This document shows positions 38,549 to 47,824 of a DNA stretch of 64,000 nt, one piece after another. The notes under the pieces were generated by a model. It made no database searches. It saw only the letters and a program-made list of their open reading frames with translations, and was not told the DNA's origin. Source of the DNA: an uncultured Candidatus Bathyarchaeia archaeon. GTDB taxonomy: Archaea > Thermoproteota > CALKCG01 > B24 > JAWCPE01. The translations under genes were made by a program, and so were the position numbers. How positions within the stretch are numbered: position 1 is the stretch's first letter; every line of letters starts with the position of its first letter. The stretch lies in the NCBI GenBank assembly GCA_964427455.1, contig CAYRUY010000001.1, positions 87,726 to 151,725 of the forward strand, read 5' to 3'.

Positions 38549-40207
38549 TCAAGGCGGCAGGAGTTCGTCCCCATCGATTGCGACATCGATGACCGCCGAA
38601 GAGCCTCCGCGAACCGCAGCCGCAGCTCTTTCCAACGCGCCACGTATCTGGCCGGGTTTCTCGACGCGCTCCCCATAGCAGCCGTACGCTTCGGCCAGCC
38701 TCACGAAGTCTGGGTTAACAAGGTCAGTCGAGATGAATCGGCCTCCGAAATCCGTCCGCTGCTGATGCTTAATCGTTCCAAGAGCTTGGTCGTCCATGAT
38801 GCAGACTGTCAAAGCGATTCCCTCCTGAGCTGCGGTCGCTAACTCATACATGGTCATGACGAAGCCCCCGTCGCCCGTTACCGCCACAACCTCACTATCT
38901 TCCTTGGCCAGTTTGCAGGCTATGGCTGCGGGAAGCGCGTAGCCCATCGGTCCGAACGCGCCTGATTGGATCCAGGTCCTAGGCCTATAGATGTCGAGGA
39001 ATGTGGCTGCCCACATCTTGTTGTTCCCCGCATCCATCGTGAAGACTGTCTCCGGGGCGTATAAACGTCTGAGCTCAAGGCATAGCCTCTGAGGCTTGAT
39101 CGGCGCCAGTTCTAGGCTAACGAGTTCGGCACAGTGAGAGGACCATTCGGCCTTTGCTCTGCTCAGCTCGCTGAGCTGATGCGATGAGCCAAGGGTTCTA
39201 GGCGGAGTCAGGGTCTGGACTTCGGCGAGTAGGTCGCTGAGGATGCCCGCAGCATCTCCAACGATCCCGAGGGCTACAGGGCAGTTTCTCCCGATCTCCT
39301 CCGGGTCCACATCGGCCTGTATCAGGTTGACGCCGGGCCTCACTGCCCTCCAATGCCTTGTGCTCAACGATGAGAACCGGCAGCCCACGCTGAGGATCAC
39401 GTCTGCGCTCTCCAGCAGCCGGTCTGTGTAACGTCTTGCGTGGACCCCCATCCTTCCCCCTGAGAGTTCATGGTCCTCAGGAACGACACCTCGCCCGTTG
39501 AACGTTGTAACGATCGGGGCCGCCAGATGCTCAGCAAGAGCCATCACCTCCTGGATGGCTCCTCCCCCTGCATAATGCGCGCCGCCGCCTGCGATGATGA
39601 CTGGGTTCACGGCTTTGACGAGCAGTGAGGCAGCGCGGGCGGCGACGCTGGCAGCCGCCCTGCTAGGGCGGGAAGGCAGGTAGCTCTCAAGCGCGGTCTG
39701 CTCGAACTCGACCTGTTGCCGCTGGACCTCGACGGGAAGGTCCACGTGAACAGGGCCAGGCCTCCCCGTCACCGCCTTCACGAGGGCCCTCCTAACCGTA
39801 GCAGCTGCGCTACTCGCCTGAACCACTTGGATGCTCTCTTTCACGACAGGTCTGAAGAGCGCAACATGGTCGAGCTGCTGGAAGCCGCCTTTATCCCTCT
39901 CAGCTAGCGGCTGTTGGCCTGTCAGGGCGAGGACAGGGCTTCGATCCGTCCAAGCCGTTGCGACGCCTGTGAGGAGATTCGTAGCGCCAGGGCCTCCCGT
40001 GCCATCGCAGACACCAACGGAACCGGTGAACTTCGCGTAGGCATCTGCCATGTACGCGGCAGCTTGCTCATGCCTCGTCAAAACATGTCTCACGCGTGAC
40101 CCGTAGAGCGCATCATAAAACGGAGCGGTCTGTGACCCAGGCAGCCCGAAGACCAGGCGAACCCCTGAAACCTCCAGCGTCCTCACAACAGCCTCGGCAG
40201 CGTTCAT
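38549..40207 (-). CDS. thiamine-pyrophosphate enzyme, acetolactate-synthase large-subunit-like
   Basis: Three-domain TPP enzyme pattern (N-terminal Pyr domain GLPGSQTAPFYDALY, C-terminal GDGGF...TPP-binding motif). Confidence 0.75.
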   Translation of the reverse strand: MNAAEAVVRTLEVSGVRLVFGLPGSQTAPFYDALYGSRVRHVLTRHEQAAAYMADAYAKFTGSVGVCDGTGGPGATNLLTGVATAWTDRSPVLALTGQQPLAERDKGGFQQLDHVALFRPVVKESIQVVQASSAAATVRRALVKAVTGRPGPVHVDLPVEVQRQQVEFEQTALESYLPSRPSRAAASVAARAASLLVKAVNPVIIAGGGAHYAGGGAIQEVMALAEHLAAPIVTTFNGRGVVPEDHELSGGRMGVHARRYTDRLLESADVILSVGCRFSSLSTRHWRAVRPGVNLIQADVDPEEIGRNCPVALGIVGDAAGILSDLLAEVQTLTPPRTLGSSHQLSELSRAKAEWSSHCAELVSLELAPIKPQRLCLELRRLYAPETVFTMDAGNNKMWAATFLDIYRPRTWIQSGAFGPMGYALPAAIACKLAKEDSEVVAVTGDGGFVMTMYELATAAQEGIALTVCIMDDQALGTIKHQQRTDFGGRFISTDLVNPDFVRLAEAYGCYGERVEKPGQIRGALERAAAAVRGGSSAVIDVAIDGDELLPP

Positions 40208-40304
40208 CCCAATCAGCCAAGACTCACCTTACCTCAGCTCAGTTAAGGTTACGCGGCTCGCCGAAGGACGAGGAGACGCGATCGCTCGTCAGCCTACACG
40301 TTCC

Positions 40305-40706
40305 CTAGACCATTGGAACTCCTTCCAATGCAACGTAGGCCTTCTTCCTCAGGTAGGCCACGGCGATGCCTGCCTCTCTCAACCGCTTTCTCAAAGCTGA
40401 ATCATTGGTGGCAACGACGAGGCGCTCATCCGTCGCAACTTCGAGGATGATATCATCTGCAGGCTTTCCCGGCTTGGCTCTATGGCTCAGAACGGTGCAA
40501 CGGTCCGCGAGCCTAAGGGCGAGCTGGGCTTTTCTTCCCTTTTCTGCGCGTCGAGCTGCAAGTCTCTCAAGCTCTTCAAGCGTTTGGGGAAGTATGAGGC
40601 ACTCGATTCTCGTGTTGAGGGCGCTCTCTAGGCCTTGGAAGATGTCCACATGGAACTGAGCGGGTACCATGAGGAAATTCGAGTCGAGTAGAACCTTCAC
40701 TGGCAT
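40305..40706 (-). CDS. PIN-domain protein
   Basis: VLLDSNFL N-terminal PIN acidic motif. Confidence 0.55.
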   Translation of the reverse strand: MPVKVLLDSNFLMVPAQFHVDIFQGLESALNTRIECLILPQTLEELERLAARRAEKGRKAQLALRLADRCTVLSHRAKPGKPADDIILEVATDERLVVATNDSALRKRLREAGIAVAYLRKKAYVALEGVPMV

Positions 40707-40711
40707 CTAGG

Positions 40712-41944
40712 CTACCTCAAGATGCCGTAGCCTATGAGCCTCCATCGTTCTCCTATTCTTCGGCTGATCGCCACCCTTTGGCCTTCCATCGCGCAGACGG
40801 CACGCTTGAGAGGGACGACCACATGGTCCTTCTTCGAACTGCTCACGAGACCTGATGTCACCGTGGTTGCAGCGTTGAGAAGCAGGGGTTCACCGAGCTT
40901 AATCGGGTCGACCTTCACCAAGTCAGTTGTGCCCACCGCTATGTCGAATAGCGTCACGTCCAGGTCCAGCTGAGACCTTACTTCAGGCAGCGAACCTGGC
41001 TTTCCGAGGAGATTTCCGACCAACTTGTCGGCCTTCGTGATACTCGGGTCGAGTCTTGTCCCAACCCCGACGAGGCCTCCAGGCATTGCCCTCTCAACGC
41101 CCCGGTTTCCATAGTGGAGGCTCACGACAGTGGTGAAGAGTGGCTCGTACACCCCCTTTTTCTCAACCCTCATGCCCGGCCGAATCTCGATCTCATCACC
41201 TATGCCCAGAGCCCCTTCGACCATCGAACCTCCAAGGACGCCGCCGACGAGGCTAGAGGGCTTCGTGCCAGGCTTGTTTACGTCGAATGAGCGGACGACC
41301 AGCATTCTTGCAGGCTTCGCTGGGTCACGGCTTGGTGTTGGGATCTCTCTCTCCAAAGCCTCGATTAGGTACCCTATGTTCGTTCCGTGTTGAGCCGAGA
41401 CTGGAATGATCGGCGCGTCCGCAGCTATCGTGCCCTTCGTGAAGCTAATGATCTGTTGATAGTTAGCCTCGGCTGCCTGACGGTTTACGATGTCGATCTT
41501 GTTCTGGACGATGACTAGGTCCTTCAAGCCCATTATCTCTACGGCGGCCAGATGCTCCCTTGTCTGCGGCTGAGGGCACGGTTCATCGGCCGCGATCACA
41601 AGGATAGCTCCGTCCATCACGGCGGCGCCGCAGAGCATCGTAGCCATCAGTATCTCATGGCCGGGAGCATCGACGAAGCTCACGGTTCTAAGGAGTTCCG
41701 CATCACCGCCGCAACTCGGGCAGGTGGCCTTTACTGAGTAACATTCAGGAGGCGGGCAAGCAGGGCATTTGTAGAAACTCGCATCTGCGTAGCCCAGCTT
41801 GATCGTGACGCCTCTTCGAAGCTCCTCGCTGTGTCTGCTCGCCCAAACACCTGTCAGGCTCTCGACGAGCGTCGTCTTCCCATGGTCTACATGACCGACA
41901 GTGCCAATGTTCGCTTCAGGAGGCTTCGGTGGCACAACCGTCAT
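40712..41944 (-). CDS. eif2g: translation initiation factor 2 subunit gamma (aIF2-gamma)
   Basis: [13 protein letters not shown], zinc ribbon [10 protein letters not shown]...CPSCGG, full-length EF-Tu-like architecture. Confidence 0.9.
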   Translation of the reverse strand: [410 protein letters not shown]

Positions 41945-42330
41945 CTCTCCCCTTTTCCTCCAACCTCCTCGGCCACCGCCGGCTCTGCCGATACAACCTT
42001 CAGGTTGATCTGCATAACGTCCTCAGTTATCGTGTTCCCTCTGACTAGCTTCCTCCTCCTCTCGCCTCTCACACGCGGGTTGAACCCGGTCTCGCCGCTC
42101 AACAACACGCTCTTCTTAGCCCCTCCCCTAACGTTCGAGCGTAGAGGAAAACCGTCCTTGTCGCTGCCCCCGGTGATAAGCAATAGCTCGCTGCCGAGCC
42201 CGATCACAGAGCCATCCAAGGTCTCTCCTAGCTTCCTCCCTAGGAAGGGGACGGCGCTCGGTCCTTCGACCTCGACGCTCTTCGACTTCCCAGTCTCAGG
42301 ATCCGAGATTATCAGCTTGTACTTAGGCAA
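41941..42330 (-). CDS. rps6e: 30S ribosomal protein S6e
   Basis: MPKYKLIISDPETGKSKSVEV N-terminus and length are diagnostic of S6e. Confidence 0.85.
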   Translation of the reverse strand: MPKYKLIISDPETGKSKSVEVEGPSAVPFLGRKLGETLDGSVIGLGSELLLITGGSDKDGFPLRSNVRGGAKKSVLLSGETGFNPRVRGERRRKLVRGNTITEDVMQINLKVVSAEPAVAEEVGGKGER

Positions 42331-42671
42331 GCTCGGCCTCCAAATGGATGGTTAGAATAGCCGTGCCAAGGTTCATTTAAACCTTCCTCGGCTAGCGCCC
42401 GTTCAAGGCGTACCACTCAGAGGCGCCGAACGTACTTGAGAGAACTCATGTCAAAGGACAGATCGAACGACGTTGACGGCCACACCTGAGAGAAGTGCAC
42501 TGTCAGCGTCGAGGATATGGCGAAGACACGAGAGGAGACCCGGCGATCGCTATGGAAGGCCGCTGTGCTTATTCGCACTAGTAGCCGGGCAGTCGGAATC
42601 GGGCGGCTTGTTTCCGTCCACACGACGCCGACGCAGTATGATCGATATGGTAGCTGGGCCGCAGATGTGCG

Positions 42672-44508
42672 CTAGAGACCCCAGAGAGGATTAGCCTTTC
42701 TGTAGATCTCGACTGTCTCTTGGAGGACTTCTCGTTCATCTGGGCTTAGGAGGGAGGCGAACCTCTCGATAAGTGCCTTTGCGTGTCTCTCCGGGACCTG
42801 GACGTAGAGCGTCTCTCCCTCGTTTACCTGCCTTCCCACGGTCGGGCCCTCAAGCGAGATGGCGACCTCCATTCCGCTAATGGCCTCTGGGATGTTCTTT
42901 CCCTGTTCTTGGATCTGGAGGATCGTGCCAACTTCCTCTCCGTCAGCGTTCATCACGGGCCACTTGGGCTTCACCTTTCCAGCCAGAACCTCAACGCCCA
43001 CGATCGCGGGTTTGCTTCGCCTGAACACGTACCCTGGGATTACCCGGACCTTGCCTGGGATAACCAGCTCCTCAAGAGCCTCTCTGAGCCGTCTCTCTTC
43101 CTCGCTCTTCATCCACTCCGTGTAGACGTCCAAGAGCTGGTATATGATGTCATGCTTGAAGATCCTCACCTCGCCTGCAGATTCCTTCTCGGCGTCAGGC
43201 AGCACCCTCACGTTGAAGGCGAGGATCGCCCCGTAGATGGGGTTAGTGCGACCGACCACCTGCGCCTCGACCACATCTCGCTTGGAGACATCGCCTATGT
43301 CCGCCATCCTCACCGGGATGCCTCGGTTGTCAAGCTCACCCTTCAGAGCCTCCAGGGAGCCTAGCGTGTCAGCCTTGAGAACGACGCCTATGCGGTCAGT
43401 TATGATCCTGAACCTGTTGATCTCCTCAACCACCTCCACCTCGTATGCCTCAGGCGGCATCCCTGGGGGTACGCCATACAGTGGCGAGCCCGCTAGGGCC
43501 TCCTCGAGCCCGGGCGCCACTATCTTCACTCCCGCCGCCGCAGTGACCGTGTCCACGGGGGTGAAGCCTCCTGAGGGAGCCCTCATCTCTTCCAGGGGTT
43601 TCGGGGCGAGGAGAGCTCTGACTCTGACCGCAAGTGGCCCGTTCTTGCCTGCTAGGACGACGGTGTCGCCCTCCTTGAGGACCCCGTCATAGATGATGGT
43701 GTTCAACGTCGTGCCCAGGCCGGGTTCCTCCTTCACCTCTAGAACCGCGCCTCTCGCTGGGCCTTCTGTGGCCTTCAACCGGTCCTTCATGTAGTGCTGT
43801 GTCAGCCCCAGTAGGACGGCTAGCAGGTCTGGGATGCCTTCCCCGGTCTTAGCGCTGACTGGGACGATCGCCACGGTTCGCGAGAAGTCTCTGACCCTGT
43901 CGAGCCTGTCCGACCTGAAGCCTACACGTGAGAGGTCGCCTATGATCCGATACAGCCTCTCGTCTAGGCTCCTCTGGACGTCCTGCTGTTGGCGCTGAAG
44001 GGAACTCAAGACCGGCTCGGCTGGGTGAGCGCTCCAACCCGGTATCAGGTCGATCTTGTTCGCCGCCACGAGAAAAGGGGTCTTCCTTGCCTTCAGCAGT
44101 TCGATAGACTCGTAGGTCTGGGCCTCGACGCCCTTGTTGGCGTCAACGACGAGTATGGCGATGTCTGCGACTGAGCCCCCTCTCATCCTTAGGTTCAGGA
44201 AGGAGCTGTGGCCCGGCGTGTCGATGATGAGGAGCCCGGGGACAGTGATCTCCCATTTGAACTGCTCCAACATGGGTGCGCATACGGCCTTCAACGCGTC
44301 CGCTGGGAAGAAGCTCGCGCCAATATGCTGGGTTAGAGACCGTGCGAGTTCTCGCTCGCAGCGAACATCTCCCCAGGCTCCTTCAGAGCGATGGCGGTCC
44401 CGCGGATCTTGTCCAGCAGCGTTGTCTTGCCGTGGTCTACCTAGCCTAGGCCGGGATGCCCGGCTTCAAATGGCCTAGAACCACGGCAATAGGCTGTCTT
44501 AAGTACAT
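42672..44508 (-). CDS. infB: translation initiation factor aIF5B (IF-2 homologue), coding sequence interrupted by two short inserts
   Basis: The largest ORF (42672-44294) encodes residues from LTQHIGAS onward. The P-loop segment [24 protein letters not shown] is in another frame at 44369-44440. The N-terminus MYLRQPIAVVLGH is at 44470-44508 behind GGAGGAGG and a TTATTAAA box. Removing 29 nt and 32 nt restores one 591-aa frame collinear with aIF5B. Confidence 0.8.
44337..44368 (-). other. candidate BHB-type pre-mRNA mini-intron 2 in infB (32 nt)
   Basis: AUGUUCGCUGCGAGCGAGAACUCGCACGGUCU (boundary +/-1) sits between KEPGE and (I/L)TQHIGA. It holds a GCGAG/CUCGC hairpin. Length is not a multiple of 3. 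Confidence 0.5.
44441..44469 (-). other. candidate BHB-type pre-mRNA mini-intron 1 in infB (29 nt)
   Basis: UUGAAGCCGGGCAUCCCGGCCUAGGCUAG sits between codons GH and VDHGKT. It holds an internal CCGGG/CCCGG hairpin, and its GGCCUAG can pair with the exon-1 end CUAGGCC. Length is not a multiple of 3. Confidence 0.5.
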
Positions 44509-44868
44509 AGGCCTCCTCCCAGGTGCCCCGAACCCAGGTGCCTCGATAATCGGCCCCGCAGTTTAATAACTTGTCTGCAGCTGTCCCACTGGCCTGAAGG
44601 CTGTGACGTTCACCGGCCGAGAGATGACCGAGGCGGCCGAGGGTTCATTCTTTGATGGGGCGGGCACTCGCCGATGAATGTTGCCTCCCCTCAAATCGGT
44701 GTCAACCCCGAGCGTATGTTCCAGCGCCCTAGTGGGAGCGCAGTCTGCATCCACGTTTGAACGAAGACGCTGTATCACCGAGTGTTACTTGCACGTAGTA
44801 CGAAGGCTTAAAGCCGATCGATGCGAGCCTAGCGGCATCCGTAGCCCGTCGGGCGTGGATCAGGTTTC

Positions 44869-46305
44869 ATGAGCATTGAGAAGCACTTTGACTGGGACTC
44901 GTATGAGGCGCCCTCCTACAAGGCACCGGTGAGGTTCGGCGGACTCTTCATCGTGACCGAGGCCCTCGTAAGGAGGTTGCCCTACCCGATGAGAGTCTTC
45001 GGATGGAGGGGTCTGGCTAGGGATCCGGCCTATTCACCGCCCGCCTTCGAGGTCTACGATGGGGCCGAGATCTGCAGACCCGACAGAGGTGTCATCCTCG
45101 AGGAGTACGAGTATCACGAACATAGAGTCGCGGAGGTCTTCCCTAGGAGGGAACTCACGGACTCGGAGATATTCAAGTCGATAAGGACCCTCTTTAAGCA
45201 CTCATGCACTGAGTTCCTAGATGACATCCACATACCCGCTCTGCTTCACATGGGAAGCTATGGGAAGTCCATCTTCAACTACAGCCTTGGCATAGCCCGA
45301 TACTTGGATTCAACCGTCAAGGTTTCGAATGACTGGCATGCCATCCCCGGAGGATGCATCACGACCAGGATCTGCAGCCCCCGCACGCCTTGGGCGGTCT
45401 TCCTACACTCGGATGAACCCGGAAGGCGAGGAGGCATCTCGCACAAAGGGAACGTACCAAGCGAGGAGTACCCTAACGGTAGGTTCGCAGGCAACAGGTT
45501 GATCCGAGACCTAGAGATGATCGGCGTCAAGACGGCTGACCTGGTTCTCACGCCTAGTAAACTGATGGTGGACGAGATCAGGTTCTTAGCCGCAGGACAC
45601 GGCCTACCTGACCAATGCCTCAGAAAGGTCTTCGCGGTCTACCACGGGGTTGACACCAAGCTCTATCATCCGATGGATGTGAAGATGCCTGAGAAGAGGC
45701 GGATACTGTACATCGGCCGCTTAAGCCCGGTGAAAGGTGTCAATCGGCTTATTGAAAGCTATGGGATTCTAAGGGAGAGATTCCCTGACCTGGAGCTGAA
45801 GCTCATAGGAGACGGGGAGCTCCGAGGCGGAGTCATGGAATTCCAGAAGACGGTGCCAGACCTGATCTTGGACACTGAATGGCATAGCGTGCCCGAGAAA
45901 GTCGAGGAGATCAACATGGCGACCCTCTGCGTCTTTCCATCGCTGTACGAGCCTTCAGGCCAGACACATTTCGAAAGCATGGCGTGTCAGAAGCCTACCG
46001 TCATAGGGAACGGAGGGTGGCGTGAACATACGGTGCAAGACCGGACTGCCGTCTGGGTTGACCCTCGCAGCCCGGCCGACGCAGCGGAGAAGATAGGCGG
46101 ACTCCTCGTCAAGGACGAGTGGGCACAAGAGATCGCTGCGAACGCGAGAGACGCTGTGGTGAAGTACTACGATTGGGACGATGTCGCTAGGAGAGCGTAC
46201 CCGCACATATTCGGGCGCCTGCTAGACAGAGAGATCGAGCGGCTGAAAGAGCTAGAAGACGAGCTATGCCCTAGCCCTAAGGAGTTCCAGCCATTCCAGC
46301 CCTAG
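44869..46305 (+). CDS. GT4-family glycosyltransferase (GT-B fold)
   Basis: The C-terminal domain has RLSPVKG, LKLIGDGELR and the EX7E-type motif EPSGQTHFESMA. The N-terminal domain is extended and atypical. Confidence 0.65.
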   Translation: MSIEKHFDWDSYEAPSYKAPVRFGGLFIVTEALVRRLPYPMRVFGWRGLARDPAYSPPAFEVYDGAEICRPDRGVILEEYEYHEHRVAEVFPRRELTDSEIFKSIRTLFKHSCTEFLDDIHIPALLHMGSYGKSIFNYSLGIARYLDSTVKVSNDWHAIPGGCITTRICSPRTPWAVFLHSDEPGRRGGISHKGNVPSEEYPNGRFAGNRLIRDLEMIGVKTADLVLTPSKLMVDEIRFLAAGHGLPDQCLRKVFAVYHGVDTKLYHPMDVKMPEKRRILYIGRLSPVKGVNRLIESYGILRERFPDLELKLIGDGELRGGVMEFQKTVPDLILDTEWHSVPEKVEEINMATLCVFPSLYEPSGQTHFESMACQKPTVIGNGGWREHTVQDRTAVWVDPRSPADAAEKIGGLLVKDEWAQEIAANARDAVVKYYDWDDVARRAYPHIFGRLLDREIERLKELEDELCPSPKEFQPFQP

Positions 46306-46319
46306 GCAAGGGACTGCCG

Positions 46320-46679
46320 TCAACCCGCCCGGTTCTCCCTAAGACGCTCAGATGGGATGAGGCAGAGGAACTGTACGGGCTTCGACCCGGGGTTGCTGAA
46401 CTGATGCTGCTCGGCCGGTAGTATGAAGATGACATCTCCCTTCTTGAAGGCCTTCTCAGCAGAGCCACCTCGGACTAGGCCCGTCCCTTTCAGCACGAAG
46501 ACCTCGTGTTCCCATGGATGGCTGTGGAGCGGCGTCGAACCCCTAGGCGAGACCTCGAACAATCGCATGTAGAAGTTCTCCGCACCTGTTTCTGACGTGA
46601 TAAGCCATCGCACCTTCACCCCGCGCGATCCCTCTCCTGCGTCCTGAAGAGGGACTTCCTCATGACTGAAGAGCTTCAC
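46320..46679 (-). CDS. cupin-domain protein
   Basis: HSHPWEHEVFVLKG...GDVIFILPAEQHQF cupin motifs 1 and 2. Confidence 0.6.
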   Translation of the reverse strand: MKLFSHEEVPLQDAGEGSRGVKVRWLITSETGAENFYMRLFEVSPRGSTPLHSHPWEHEVFVLKGTGLVRGGSAEKAFKKGDVIFILPAEQHQFSNPGSKPVQFLCLIPSERLRENRAG

Positions 46680-46795
46680 AACCTTCCCCCTCCTGAGATG
46701 AGGAGGCGACAGGGCGATTTAACCGGTTTCCCTGACCCTCATTGGCATGGCTTGTCTGGCAAAGAGTCGTGAAGCCTCTCGAAGCAAGGGAGGGG

Positions 46796-47821
46796 CTAGA
46801 ATCTGAGGCCGCATAGGAGCGCGATGAAAAGCGACGAAGCAGTCAGGTCGGCTGAGCTGCCGGGGTTGAGCTGTCCTCCGCTTCTCTGAAGCTTCTCGTC
46901 AAGCTTTGCCAGAGCCTCCTGTCCCCGCCTGCTCGTTAAGCCTCCTTCACGGAGCACGGCTCGAGCCTCCTCTGAGACGGCGAGGGCCTCGGTCAGTCCT
47001 ATCTCAACCGCCTTTTCAACGTCGTCCGTCTTCCTGAGCCCTACCTTGCGAGCTATGAATGTGTCAGGCTCCCTCGCGAGGATCGCCAGGAAAGCGTGGA
47101 CGGTCGCAATGTTGATGTCCCCGGTGTTCTGCAGAATCTCCAAGAGAGCAGGATAGCCGACCTGAAAAGACATCTTCATCCCAGTCGACCATTCCCTCGC
47201 TACCGCATCCCATTTGCTCGCAGACCCCATCGCGGCCCACAGTGTCACAGCGCCTCGACGCAGCTTCTCCGAGGCGGATTCATCACGCACATCGGGTGCG
47301 GCGAGGCCTGAGGCCGTGCCCAGCGCTGAGACCCCTGCCTCTGCTATCGCACCGTAGACATTCACCGCGTCCTCAACAGTCGTAGCCTCCATAAGCCGGG
47401 TCGCGACTGCCCTCAAAGCGACGGGTTCAAGCTTGCCCTGAGAGGCAACCACATAGCCTGCCCCAGCGGCAAGCGGCGCAAAGAGCAGGCATGTGCCAAG
47501 ATGAGTGTTCCCTCCCCTATGCCATCGTCTGATGTCCGCGACCATCGTCCTCACGCCTCGTCCTATCTCCACCTGTGAGTCAGCGAGTTGCCCTAGGCCG
47601 CACCTCACGCCTCTGGCCGCAACCTCCCTCGTGGCAGGACCCAAGGCCACTCCGCCAGCGAGGAAATGTTCGAACCGCGTATCGGGGAAATCGAAGGCTC
47701 TGTGGACGTTTCCAGGCTTGGGCGTTCCGCTTACCTCCAGACAGGCAGCAAGCTGGGCTGCCCTCATGATGTCATCGCAGGCCTGCTGCAACTGGGGTTT
47801 CACGGTAGACGTTCCCCGCAT
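46796..47821 (-). CDS. triphosphoribosyl-dephospho-CoA synthase (CitG/COG1767)-like protein
   Basis: KPGNVHRAFDF...DTRFEHFL matches the CitG KPGLVDR...DMD..TF pattern. Archaeal COG1767 members sit with pterin-pathway genes. Confidence 0.55.
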   Translation of the reverse strand: MRGTSTVKPQLQQACDDIMRAAQLAACLEVSGTPKPGNVHRAFDFPDTRFEHFLAGGVALGPATREVAARGVRCGLGQLADSQVEIGRGVRTMVADIRRWHRGGNTHLGTCLLFAPLAAGAGYVVASQGKLEPVALRAVATRLMEATTVEDAVNVYGAIAEAGVSALGTASGLAAPDVRDESASEKLRRGAVTLWAAMGSASKWDAVAREWSTGMKMSFQVGYPALLEILQNTGDINIATVHAFLAILAREPDTFIARKVGLRKTDDVEKAVEIGLTEALAVSEEARAVLREGGLTSRRGQEALAKLDEKLQRSGGQLNPGSSADLTASSLFIALLCGLRF

Positions 47822-47824
47822 GGG

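Noticed and set aside
44369-44508. Intein in aIF5B
   Set aside because: The inserts are 29 and 32 nt, far too short. They are out of frame and lack Cys/Ser-His-Asn splice junction residues. Inteins are in-frame.
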